A stretch of DNA of 24,474 nucleotides from Desulfurococcaceae archaeon (GCA_038896955.1 JAWAXJ010000001.1:1-24474), one strand, 5' to 3'; counted from the first letter of the stretch, positions 6,746 through 15,905 are shown. Made by a program: numbers and translations. Notes: generated from the sequence alone by a model not told the origin.

Positions 6746-9700
6746 GCCAGGAGCTACCTGAGATAAGACCTGAAGAGATAGAGCAAATGGCTAAGTTGTT
6801 AGCTGATGTATTCGTCCAATCTTACAGCCAGACACAGCCTGTCGAACTTACATGCACATACCAGCTAGTTGAAGAGGAGAAAATATGCTTAGATGCTATA
6901 GCGTCTTTCCAGGCAGGGGTACTAGATCCATTAGGTCAGCTTAGGGATTGGTTTGTAAGCGTGTTTAACTCAGTAGCATCTTGGGTAGCTTCAGCGATAA
7001 CAGCCTTCATAGAGAGAGCTGTTATACCAAGTATAAACGCTATATCTGACTTTCTAAATAGGGTGATTCTACCAGCTATAGAATCGGTTATAGGTAGCAT
7101 ATCAAGGGCAATATCTGATACGGTATCAGCTACCGGCAAAATACTGTTAGAATCACTTGGAGCGTTAGGTAAAACAGTAACGGATGCATTGAGTAGCTCA
7201 GTTAAAACACTATCAAACCTATTAGCATCGGTAGGCAAAACGATTCTCGACTCAATATCTGCAGCTTTCAAATCTATAGTAGACCTCCTCTCAGGTATAG
7301 GGAAAACAATAATGGATACCCTATCAGCGGCCGTAAAGTCTCTTTCAGATGCTTTCAAATCTATAGGTAAAACGATACTTGACAGTCTTGCTGGCTTCGC
7401 CAATAACATAATAGATGCTTTCAAATCTATAGGTAAAACGGTAATGGATGCATTATCTGGTGCTGCTAAATCGATAATTGACTACTTTAGCGTAGCTTTC
7501 AAATCTATAGTAGACCTCCTCTCAGGGATATTGAAAGGCATCATGGATGCTTTACACGGTGTTGCTGAAGTCTTTATCGATGCGTTAACAGTGATGGGTA
7601 GATCTATTCTAGATGCGTTATCGGCTGGTGTAAAGGCTTTATCAGACTTCTTCTCGAATATAGCGAAGTCGATCATGGATGGCTTTTCCAAGATAGATAA
7701 AGGATTGGTGGATCTATGGAACTTTATGGTTGGGGCATTCAAAGATATTGCAGGCATAATTTCAGTAGGCTTCTCAGAGATAGGCAGGGCTTTCATGGGT
7801 TTTGTAAACGGTGTGATTGAAGCTGGTGCATGGATAACATCGGCGATTAAACGGATTGGAGAATACATCTGGATAGGTCTGCCAGAATCGATCAGGCTAG
7901 GTTTGGAGCATCTATTCGAATTAATACAGAAAATAGTAAGGTATATGACTGAAGGTGTTGAACCTGGATGGGAGTTTACATCATCACCACCTCTCGTACT
8001 TGGTGTGAGATTGATACTACCGAAGTCTGAGTTCCCTGTATTCTTCTGTACGCCTTCAAGTTTATTCGCACCACTGGTTAATGCTCTTGTCGGGGTGTAT
8101 GAGGCATATATACAGCCAGCTCTTACAAGTATAACCCAGACAATCTGGAGTGGTATACAAACTCTACAGGAATTCTTCGCTAACGCTATACGAGCAGTCT
8201 GGGGGTCTGCGCAGAAGGTGTTTAGCGGGCTAGCAGAGTTTTTAGGTAGCTCTATCACAGGCTTTCTAGGCGGTCTATGGGAGGTGTTCTCAAGGTTATC
8301 ATCAATTCTGAGAGGTGTCTTTGAAGCTATTCTTGGAGGTCTACACGAACAGGTGGGTAAGTATATGGGTAGACAAGCAGCTCCGTTACTAACAGAGGTT
8401 GCGAAGTCTATAGGCATAGGTACACCTGAATACTTGAAAGCTGAAAATATCGAAACACAAATAATGAACATGTATACAATGGCATGGGTTTTCCTCTCGT
8501 CACCACTCTGGGCATCGATACCGGTTCGACTAGCGGCGCATGGAATGTATCAGGCTGGACAAGCGTTATACAACATACAGGAGCCGATCCACCTGAGCCT
8601 GAGACCATTCGGCATAGGTATAGATATACCTATTTCTATAACAAAGGCAATCGGGGCGTCGCTATCGCATTTCTCACGGGAAGTGAAGGAGTGGGTTGAC
8701 ATAGTTGGTAGCGCAATGGTTTACGGTATGGGCATCTGGGTTAGCCAGCCCATAAGCAGGGTGCTAAGCTATAGCCTCAGAAACGTGTTACCGGTTGAGC
8801 TACCGTCATTGGATCTGGTAATGGAGGCGGCTAGGAGGTCGATGCCGAGCGCGGCATACGAAGATATGCTTAAGCTTTCGAAATACTACCTATCATTGTA
8901 CGGATACTCTGATCTGGTGATAGACCTGCTTTTCGCATCAGTCGATAGGTATCATGTAGTGGTGAAGGATAGGTTCGGGGTGGAGAGGAAGATACCGCTA
9001 TCGCTGATCTACGAGTTACCGTCAGCTTCGGATGTTGCAACGATGATGGTGAGAGATATCTTCGCATCCATAGCTGACTTCTACACGCTGTACAAGGCAA
9101 GAGGTATGGCTGAGGATGTTGGGGCGCTCTACTACTTACTGAGATTCAGGTATCCATCACCTGAGCGTCTATGGCAGTTCACGACTAGAGGTATAAGCGG
9201 TCTACTATGGGTGACCATGACAGATGCGGAGAGAGCTGATATAGAGAAGGAAGCAAAGGACATAGGTGCTTACACACCTGTAGCGCCAAGCATGTTAAAC
9301 TTTAAAGTTCAAGACTTAATGAGGGCTTTGAAAACATACATGAAGTGGCATGACTACGCAAAGTTCAGCTGGCTTCAAGGCTTCACATCGGACAACATGA
9401 TCTACATCGACACGTTGGCTGATATACCTACAAAGATAGATCAGCGGTGGATGATCAAGTGGGGTATATACGAGCAGCTCAGCGCTAAAGGAGTGACATA
9501 CACTTCACCTGTAAACGAGTTTATAACTAGATACGTCGAGTTGACCCCGACATCAAGGATAACACTAGATTTGACAAACTTCTGTAGGACGCTGCAAGCT
9601 ACAGGTCTACACCCAGCATGGGTACCGGCTACAGCTGTAGCTGAAGCTATGAACGCATTATCAGAGGAACGTACGTTGCTTAGAACAGGTTTCGTAAACA

Positions 9701-11343
9701 TCTTCAAGGAAGGATTCTGGGATATAAAAGCTATAGACAAGTTCCTTGCGGGCTTCATAACGGCAAGCTTCAAAGTAGCCTACATAGACATGGCGACGAT
9801 GAGCTGGAGCGAGAAATGGGTAAACCAGCCGGTAATGTATCTACCACCAGAGCGGAAGCTGATAGAGCTTAGAGCACTGATGGATAGAGCGTTAGATATA
9901 CTGAAAGAGATACAGAAAGATATAGCGGTTGGCTACCAGGAGTACATTATAGCTACATACGATGAGTTCAAGAGTAAGCTTACAGGTGTAATCGAGAGGG
10001 TTAACAAGTTCTTCGCCGAAGACTACAAGCAGATAACTGGCTTGGAGCTACCGGATGAGCTTAAGCTATCGTTCGTCGAAGCATACTACAAGCCTTACGT
10101 TGAGAGCCTAGACATTTGGAGGGAGGTCTACACGGTTCGAAGGATCAGGATGTGGACTCAGCGCTGGCTCGGATGGTTGATGTACCGTGTTGCAACCGGC
10201 GTGGTGACAAGGGTTGAGATGAGTAGGCTTATAGATACCGTGGTTAAATACTCTAGGCTAACTGGGGTTGAGAGAGAGTTTCTATACGAGGTTATGAATA
10301 TAATGTTCGGTATAGCGGTGAAGGATTATGCGGTTACACCAACACAGCTTGCCTCACTAAGCGAATATATCGTTATACCAGACGAGCTTATAGAAGCTTG
10401 CTTCGAGGCTAGGCTAATACCTGAGGAGTGGAGGGGGGTTTGGAGACAGTACATATCTGTTAGACCGATAGCTGACGATGTTAAAGCATTACTATCAGTG
10501 TATAGACGCGCCATGCTATACGTTAAGATACCTGATGAGATTGATAAAGCAGTAAAGGAGTATGCTAAACTTATAGGTTTCACTGATAGAGAGATGGCTA
10601 TAATGCACCTTAGAAATCAACTCGAAGAACTTATACTGAATTCTAGAGAATATATACCTACACCTTCTATGCTTGCATCGATATGTGAGTACATACCAGA
10701 GGCTAGGAGGTTCTTCGACGATGTCATGAAGGCTAAGCGTGTACCGAAGGAGTGGCAGGAGGTATGGTCGAAGTATATAGATATAAAGCCTCTTGTTGAT
10801 GATATTAAACGATACCTGTCGAGGGCTGAACAGCTATATGCAAGCTTCATGATATCGTCTAGAGAGTTTGAAAAGGTTCTAAACGAAGTCTCAGGCTTGT
10901 TAGGGTATACGCCTAAGGAGTTAGAGTTCCTGAGAAAAGTGACAGACTATGAACGCTACAGACGTGCATGGACAGAACTCATAGGTACAGTTGATAGGCT
11001 TGTCGAACTTAGCGAATACTCACCTAAGGCAAGCAAGTATGCGCTTGGCAAAGTGAAGGAGATGATTGATGCGCTCCCATTGCCGTATGCGGATAAGCAG
11101 GAGCTGAAGGAGATGTGGGAGGAGTATATCCGTAATAGACCAGTTAAGCCCGAGGCAAGGATGTATATCACACAGCTGATAAACCTGTATGTTGATGGGC
11201 TGATATCAGATATTGATCTCGAGAAGGAGCTGAACGAGATGAAGAAGTGGGGCTTCTCAGATGATGAGATAATGTTCTATAAGGCTCAGGCAGCACTTAG
11301 AAGAGCTAGGAAGTTAAGAATACCTGTAACATATCCTGAATAG
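6742..11343 (+). CDS. Very large structural protein (1533 aa), probable terminal structure/fibre scaffold
   Basis: TTG start with SD GAGGAGG; N-terminal 11-residue amphipathic repeats, hydrophobic middle, three ~108-aa C-terminal repeats. Ligamenvirales use their largest ORF for terminal structures (e.g. SIRV2 ORF1070); homology not verified. Confidence 0.85.
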   Translation: MSQELPEIRPEEIEQMAKLLADVFVQSYSQTQPVELTCTYQLVEEEKICLDAIASFQAGVLDPLGQLRDWFVSVFNSVASWVASAITAFIERAVIPSINAISDFLNRVILPAIESVIGSISRAISDTVSATGKILLESLGALGKTVTDALSSSVKTLSNLLASVGKTILDSISAAFKSIVDLLSGIGKTIMDTLSAAVKSLSDAFKSIGKTILDSLAGFANNIIDAFKSIGKTVMDALSGAAKSIIDYFSVAFKSIVDLLSGILKGIMDALHGVAEVFIDALTVMGRSILDALSAGVKALSDFFSNIAKSIMDGFSKIDKGLVDLWNFMVGAFKDIAGIISVGFSEIGRAFMGFVNGVIEAGAWITSAIKRIGEYIWIGLPESIRLGLEHLFELIQKIVRYMTEGVEPGWEFTSSPPLVLGVRLILPKSEFPVFFCTPSSLFAPLVNALVGVYEAYIQPALTSITQTIWSGIQTLQEFFANAIRAVWGSAQKVFSGLAEFLGSSITGFLGGLWEVFSRLSSILRGVFEAILGGLHEQVGKYMGRQAAPLLTEVAKSIGIGTPEYLKAENIETQIMNMYTMAWVFLSSPLWASIPVRLAAHGMYQAGQALYNIQEPIHLSLRPFGIGIDIPISITKAIGASLSHFSREVKEWVDIVGSAMVYGMGIWVSQPISRVLSYSLRNVLPVELPSLDLVMEAARRSMPSAAYEDMLKLSKYYLSLYGYSDLVIDLLFASVDRYHVVVKDRFGVERKIPLSLIYELPSASDVATMMVRDIFASIADFYTLYKARGMAEDVGALYYLLRFRYPSPERLWQFTTRGISGLLWVTMTDAERADIEKEAKDIGAYTPVAPSMLNFKVQDLMRALKTYMKWHDYAKFSWLQGFTSDNMIYIDTLADIPTKIDQRWMIKWGIYEQLSAKGVTYTSPVNEFITRYVELTPTSRITLDLTNFCRTLQATGLHPAWVPATAVAEAMNALSEERTLLRTGFVNIFKEGFWDIKAIDKFLAGFITASFKVAYIDMATMSWSEKWVNQPVMYLPPERKLIELRALMDRALDILKEIQKDIAVGYQEYIIATYDEFKSKLTGVIERVNKFFAEDYKQITGLELPDELKLSFVEAYYKPYVESLDIWREVYTVRRIRMWTQRWLGWLMYRVATGVVTRVEMSRLIDTVVKYSRLTGVEREFLYEVMNIMFGIAVKDYAVTPTQLASLSEYIVIPDELIEACFEARLIPEEWRGVWRQYISVRPIADDVKALLSVYRRAMLYVKIPDEIDKAVKEYAKLIGFTDREMAIMHLRNQLEELILNSREYIPTPSMLASICEYIPEARRFFDDVMKAKRVPKEWQEVWSKYIDIKPLVDDIKRYLSRAEQLYASFMISSREFEKVLNEVSGLLGYTPKELEFLRKVTDYERYRRAWTELIGTVDRLVELSEYSPKASKYALGKVKEMIDALPLPYADKQELKEMWEEYIRNRPVKPEARMYITQLINLYVDGLISDIDLEKELNEMKKWGFSDDEIMFYKAQAALRRARKLRIPVTYPE
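7263..7526 (+). repeat. Exact in-frame direct repeats in the hendecad region
   Basis: 33-bp AGCTTTCAAATCTATAGTAGACCTCCTCTCAGG at 7263 and 7494 (231 nt = 77 aa apart); 28-bp AGATGCTTTCAAATCTATAGGTAAAACG at 7347 and 7413 (66 nt = 22 aa apart). Confidence 0.9.
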
Positions 11344-11681
11344 TGTGGTGGTCAGCCATCTCTCGATGGGGTCTAACATATAAGGGTGTTGAGATTTTAA
11401 CACCGGAAGAATGGAATGCGGTAGTCGATGCACTAGAAGAGCTAGATAAGAGAATCAGATGCGGTAAAGCGAAGTTTAGCGGCGATGGTGCAACCACAAC
11501 ATTCAATATAGCACATGAAGCAGGTAAAACACCTATAGTCGCACTCGTAGGCAAAGCTACCTCAGGGCTACCAGACATAGACTACTGGACTGTTGACGAA
11601 ACATATATATCAGTGACATTCAAAACAGCACCTCCAAGCGGTGCAGATGTACAGGTATGGTGGCTCGCTATAGCTATATGA
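11343..11681 (+). CDS. Small structural protein with N-terminal helix and beta-sandwich (112 aa)
   Basis: EILTPEEWNAVVDAL helix followed by FSGDGATTTFNIAH...FKTAPPSG, a pattern common in phage tail/fibre beta-domains; overlaps both neighbours. Confidence 0.75.
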   Translation: MWWSAISRWGLTYKGVEILTPEEWNAVVDALEELDKRIRCGKAKFSGDGATTTFNIAHEAGKTPIVALVGKATSGLPDIDYWTVDETYISVTFKTAPPSGADVQVWWLAIAI

Positions 11682-12754
11682 CTCGTCTAATATACTACTT
11701 CTATCCGGTGCTGCGTAGGGTTAGCTTCAGTGTAATAGCAAAGAAGCATTGCGAACAGCTTAGAAAGTACTTCAGGCTCTATGAGATGGATGAGCTGGCT
11801 CTGCCATACATAGAAGCCGCTACGAAGCCGCTGCTTATACTTCAACCCTACTTCTACCCGCTTCAAAAGTATGAGTCGAGATTGGCTAGGAAACGGCATT
11901 ACTTCAACGGTTTGATAGGTATCGATGTTGCTGATTCAACACATATAACACCATATGCGGTTAGTCTAACGGAGTATGCGGATGCTTTAATAGTCCCATC
12001 GAATTTTGCGAAGAGGGTTTATGAGGGTTCAGGCGTCAAGAAACCGGTACATGTGGTTCCGCATGGCGTGGACGAGTCTTGGATAGATGCCCCCCCGTCA
12101 AAGCCATCCAAGTTCAAGCATATATCTGATCTGAAGGAGAAGCTTGGCTGTAAGCTACTCCTAAGCTTCATAGTTCATAGCGAATACAGGAAGGGTTTGG
12201 ATATTTTGCTTGAAATTTATAGGAGGCTGTATGGCGAGAGGAGGGACGTAGCATTAGTTATTAAAACTATGCATGGAGCTGGCTACATATCGAAGCCAAT
12301 AGACTATAAGATGGATGGATTAGACCTCTATCTAGAGTGGAGGGTGAGCTCAGAGTGGTTTAGTGAGGGTGAGCTCATGGAGCTCATAGATATATGCGAT
12401 GTATTCCTGCTCACGAGTAGGGGCGGGGGGTTCGAGCACCCAGCTCTCCAAGCCCTCTCAAGGGGTCTGCCAGTCATAGCTGCTAAGGGAGGAGCATGGG
12501 ATGATTATCTACCAGAGTGGAGCCTTGTAGAGTCTGTCAGGAGTGGAAGGGTTTTGGAGAACAACCCAATACACGATGGTTACGGTGTGGAGATGGTTTT
12601 GGAGAAGGCTGTAGATAAGACAATAGATGTACTCGATAATCTTGAGGAGTATAAGGTTAGGGTGAAAGACTATGTTGATACACATGTGAGAAATGAACTG
12701 ACATGGGGTGCAATAGGTAGAAGTCTTAGAGATATAGTCGAGGAATATATGTAA
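11678..12754 (+). CDS. Glycosyltransferase, GT4-like, with variant nucleotide-binding motif
   Basis: IVPSNF, VHVVPHGVD, RKGLDIL, TSRGGGFEHPALQALSRGLPVI; ATGA overlap with the upstream stop. Confidence 0.9.
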   Translation: MTRLIYYFYPVLRRVSFSVIAKKHCEQLRKYFRLYEMDELALPYIEAATKPLLILQPYFYPLQKYESRLARKRHYFNGLIGIDVADSTHITPYAVSLTEYADALIVPSNFAKRVYEGSGVKKPVHVVPHGVDESWIDAPPSKPSKFKHISDLKEKLGCKLLLSFIVHSEYRKGLDILLEIYRRLYGERRDVALVIKTMHGAGYISKPIDYKMDGLDLYLEWRVSSEWFSEGELMELIDICDVFLLTSRGGGFEHPALQALSRGLPVIAAKGGAWDDYLPEWSLVESVRSGRVLENNPIHDGYGVEMVLEKAVDKTIDVLDNLEEYKVRVKDYVDTHVRNELTWGAIGRSLRDIVEEYM

Positions 12755-12792
12755 CGATAAGCTTTTTAGAGTGTACGCTAATAGATGTTCAT

Positions 12793-13248
12793 ATGTTTAG
12801 ACGTACGAAGGATAGGATCAGGTTAGAAGGGAAACTTACACTTATACTGATAAGATGTGGGAAGGAAGCATATAGGAAAACATATACTAACATGATCGTC
12901 GATGCTGGAATAGCACATATAGCTGGTCTTATAGGTGGTGTTGCAGCAACCCCATTCACATATATAGCGGTAGGGACTGGTACTACACCACCCTCACCGT
13001 CAGACACTGCTTTACAGAATGAAGTGATGAGGGTGCCGGCTACTATAACTATGTTAACTACAACAAGTCCCAACGATACGGTACACTATGATGCTGTATT
13101 CAATATAACAGCATCATACAGTTTAGCTGAGGCCGGTATATTCGACGCACCATCCGGTGGTACTATGCTTGCAAGGAGAACATACACCGCTATAAGTGTA
13201 GGCGGCGGGGATGTACTCAAAGTAGTATGGGATATAAAGGTGGGGTGA
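12793..13248 (+). CDS. Phage tail-collar/fibre-base-like protein (DUF3751/PF12571-like)
   Basis: NMIVDAG.AHIAGLIGG...YIAVGTGTTPPSPSDTALQNEVMR...NDTV...LAEAGIFDAPSGGTMLAR matches the recalled tail-collar pattern (T.aG..A...AvG.G...taL.nEv.R...E.GlFd..g.liA). Confidence 0.75.
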   Translation: MFRRTKDRIRLEGKLTLILIRCGKEAYRKTYTNMIVDAGIAHIAGLIGGVAATPFTYIAVGTGTTPPSPSDTALQNEVMRVPATITMLTTTSPNDTVHYDAVFNITASYSLAEAGIFDAPSGGTMLARRTYTAISVGGGDVLKVVWDIKVG

Positions 13249-13258
13249 ACCGTAAACA

Positions 13259-13447
13259 ATGTTAAAGACAATCTCTCTAGCTGATTCAGTAAAGCTTAAC
13301 GAGTACTTCACCATCAGCTTCTTACTGCATGGCTGTTTACTACGCCTCGTATTCAAGGGTAGTATGATTTTACCTGAAGACCATAACAATCCCGTCTATA
13401 TACTTAAGGAGATGGTGAGGAGGCTGAGGGCGGTGGGTTATACTTGA
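13259..13447 (+). CDS. Small hypothetical protein (62 aa)
   Basis: SD GGGGTGA upstream; TTGA coupling to the next gene. Confidence 0.6.
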   Translation: MLKTISLADSVKLNEYFTISFLLHGCLLRLVFKGSMILPEDHNNPVYILKEMVRRLRAVGYT

Positions 13448-14745
13448 CGACTTTAGACGATATCGAGGCTTACATAGATACTATAAGGAAGGTTGCTAAG
13501 GGTGATAGCGTAACAAGAGAAGATATGCATAGCATAAGATTAGGCATCGTAAAGCTAATCGAATATCTCAAAGAAAGGGGGGTTACACATCCATATCTAA
13601 CCAATGCTGAAAACGAGATTATGAAGGTTGGTGTACTGAAGTCTATGGATATAGTTTCACCAGAAAAGGAGAATGCGATAGTCATGTCATTATACTGGCT
13701 ATGGAGGCTTATCGAAAAACTAGCATATCTACAGTATACCGACTCTATAATTCTATCAGAACCCATATTCTTTGCGGGGAAGGAGTTTTTCGTAGACTAT
13801 ACCTGGTCTGATACGACACCGCACTTTTTCAACTATGACCCAAACTACACTTCATTCTATGTTTTACCTTCAGCAATAGAGCTTGATCAACCTGCCGCAA
13901 ACCATAAACGCTCATATGAGTATTACCGTACTACCCTCTGCTACACATTTGGATGGTACTGGCATTCAAACTTCACAGCTATGAACACGTTTAAGTTTAA
14001 TATGAGGATGGGGGCATACCACGGCTATGACGGGACTCGTGCTAATATAGCGCTTGTAATCGGCAACCCAGGCATATTCGATGAAACAGAACAGCCTGCA
14101 CTACCCTACTGTCTACTATCATGGAGCATGTATAGTTTAGGCTATCCTAACGGAAGCTACGACAAATCGCTTTACGGCTACATAGTATTGACGGATCCAC
14201 CTATATTAAGGTTTACACCGGCAAACCCGCCGCATGTAGCATACCGTGATATCACAAGTCTTGCAGGTTCGTCAGTCAACCTACTAGTCGGCTATAATGA
14301 TGCATGGTTGGCCGACTGGGATCAATGGGCTTCCCTACATAGGCTATCATACTTTGTTACGGGTCAAGCTACGCATGTAAGATATGAACTACGTAGAGAA
14401 ATAGAGATTGAAGGCTACTCTATCAGGATCATCAGGAGGGATGGTTTTGATGAGCTTTGGATAAAGAGGGGTAGGGAGGGCTTACTGATATCGTTCAACG
14501 ATAAAGTCGAGGTGGTGGAGGAGATACGTAGAGGTAATGTTACAGAGTCTCTCAACAAGTATGATGAAGTCTTCGCTAGCGGTAGAGAGAAGCCTATAGT
14601 ATCTGACGATACAGTACTCATCATAAGAAGGATGAGTACAGGTATACCATTGAGAGTTGTGTTAAAGTTTGTTAAGAAGACTGGTAGACTACTCGTTGTA
14701 TACGGTGAAGAAGGGAAGAACATGTTCCAGATAAGCGGTATATAA
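13444..14745 (+). CDS. Three-part putative structural/adhesion protein (433 aa)
   Basis: N-terminal duplicated helical motif, aromatic/Ser/Thr/Asn-rich beta middle (about 13740-14370), charged C-terminal domain. Confidence 0.75.
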   Translation: MTTLDDIEAYIDTIRKVAKGDSVTREDMHSIRLGIVKLIEYLKERGVTHPYLTNAENEIMKVGVLKSMDIVSPEKENAIVMSLYWLWRLIEKLAYLQYTDSIILSEPIFFAGKEFFVDYTWSDTTPHFFNYDPNYTSFYVLPSAIELDQPAANHKRSYEYYRTTLCYTFGWYWHSNFTAMNTFKFNMRMGAYHGYDGTRANIALVIGNPGIFDETEQPALPYCLLSWSMYSLGYPNGSYDKSLYGYIVLTDPPILRFTPANPPHVAYRDITSLAGSSVNLLVGYNDAWLADWDQWASLHRLSYFVTGQATHVRYELRREIEIEGYSIRIIRRDGFDELWIKRGREGLLISFNDKVEVVEEIRRGNVTESLNKYDEVFASGREKPIVSDDTVLIIRRMSTGIPLRVVLKFVKKTGRLLVVYGEEGKNMFQISGI

Positions 14746-14776
14746 GAAAAGATTAATACAGTAGAAGAAAGATGAT

Positions 14777-15526
14777 ATGTTGATGCCTGCGCGAAGGAGG
14801 AGGACACTATCAAGGTCACCAGTACAGAGAGCGAAGCTTTGGGATGTAAAGATGAAGCCCGACGTATATGCAGAGTATCTGAATGCTACAAAGCCACTAG
14901 CACTACCTAGCATAGCAAGCTACCAGGCGACACACGAACATCTCATATCAACCGTTAGAGAGATACTTAGCAAAAACCCATCTGAATACCCGGTGATGCA
15001 TGAGTACATGTGGTATGCTGAAAAACTTTGGAAGCTCGGTAAAACATACACGTCAAAAGCACTGCAGCTACAGGTAGACGCACTGTACATCTGGTATCTG
15101 GCTAGAGGTTTAAACGATGTAGTGCTGAGAGCGATAGCTTCCGCGTTAGGTATAAAAGTAAGCCCAGTAGAAGATATAGTCGACAGGGTTATAGCACCCA
15201 TGTTGCTTAGAATAGTTGGTAAAGGCTCGATAACAACTGATGGGACAGAGCAGACGATGTTCGAGTATATAGGTCTAGCTATGCTGAGCGGATACGTAGA
15301 TCTAAGCAATATGACAGATGGCGATACTGTTGTAATAAAGACGTTTGTAAAGATAAGGGAAGATGGAGAATACAAGAAGTATGCAGAGGAGACGTTTACA
15401 GGTAGACAGGAGTCGCCGGCATTATATTTCATACCAAGGCTGACGGCGTATGCGTATAAGGTCGTAATACATCAGACAGCCGGTTCGTTCAAGACGTTCG
15501 ACTACCTGTTCACCAAAGTAGTATAA
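14777..15526 (+). CDS. Second MCP-fold protein fused to a C-terminal beta-sandwich domain (249 aa)
   Basis: RSPVQRAKLWDVKMKPDV ~ SIRV2 RSYSQRYAKWQAKF..NPTV; TVREILSK...YMWYAEKL ~ NVSAVLTQ...YQGFGLKV; SKALQLQVDAL..WYLARGLNDVVLRAI ~ GPALVNMINGL..YYISAFNANPQVLDAV. About 110 extra beta-rich residues follow (SGYVDLSNMTDGD...HQTAGSFKTFDY). Confidence 0.72.
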   Translation: MLMPARRRRTLSRSPVQRAKLWDVKMKPDVYAEYLNATKPLALPSIASYQATHEHLISTVREILSKNPSEYPVMHEYMWYAEKLWKLGKTYTSKALQLQVDALYIWYLARGLNDVVLRAIASALGIKVSPVEDIVDRVIAPMLLRIVGKGSITTDGTEQTMFEYIGLAMLSGYVDLSNMTDGDTVVIKTFVKIREDGEYKKYAEETFTGRQESPALYFIPRLTAYAYKVVIHQTAGSFKTFDYLFTKVV

Positions 15527-15581
15527 CACACATATACAACCTCAGGCAAAAACTTATTTATCAGACGATACGATAGCATAG

Positions 15582-15905
15582 ATGGAGATGTGCCCAGATT
15601 TCCCGAGGGTTGAGGTTGGGGTTGTCGAAACGGTGCCGGCTGCTAGAGACCATCTGTTCATACCTGAGGTTGATGTTGACGATACCGGTGTATCACTCGA
15701 CGTAAACGGGTTCCTACACTGTATCAAGGTTCCGGCAGACTATCAGCCGGTTAAATTTAACCTAGACAGACCAGTCACTGATAGTGAGTACTCAGTCGTA
15801 TATCCTGGCGTTGCTAAAGTGATATCGCGGATCGCTAGAACACTATACCTTAAGGCTCCATCTGGACAGAGGACAAAGGCAGTCGTGGAGGTGTTAAAGC
15901 TATAA
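15582..15905 (+). CDS. Small beta-rich putative structural protein (107 aa)
   Basis: TTATTTAT box at about 15555; Val/Pro-rich all-beta pattern; TAATG coupling to the next gene. Confidence 0.75.
   Translation: MEMCPDFPRVEVGVVETVPAARDHLFIPEVDVDDTGVSLDVNGFLHCIKVPADYQPVKFNLDRPVTDSEYSVVYPGVAKVISRIARTLYLKAPSGQRTKAVVEVLKL

Noticed and set aside
6936-11171. Long antisense ORFs inside the 1533-aa gene (e.g. 7482-8471, 329 aa)
   Set aside because: Antisense shadows of repetitive, biased coding sequence; no motifs or start signals.
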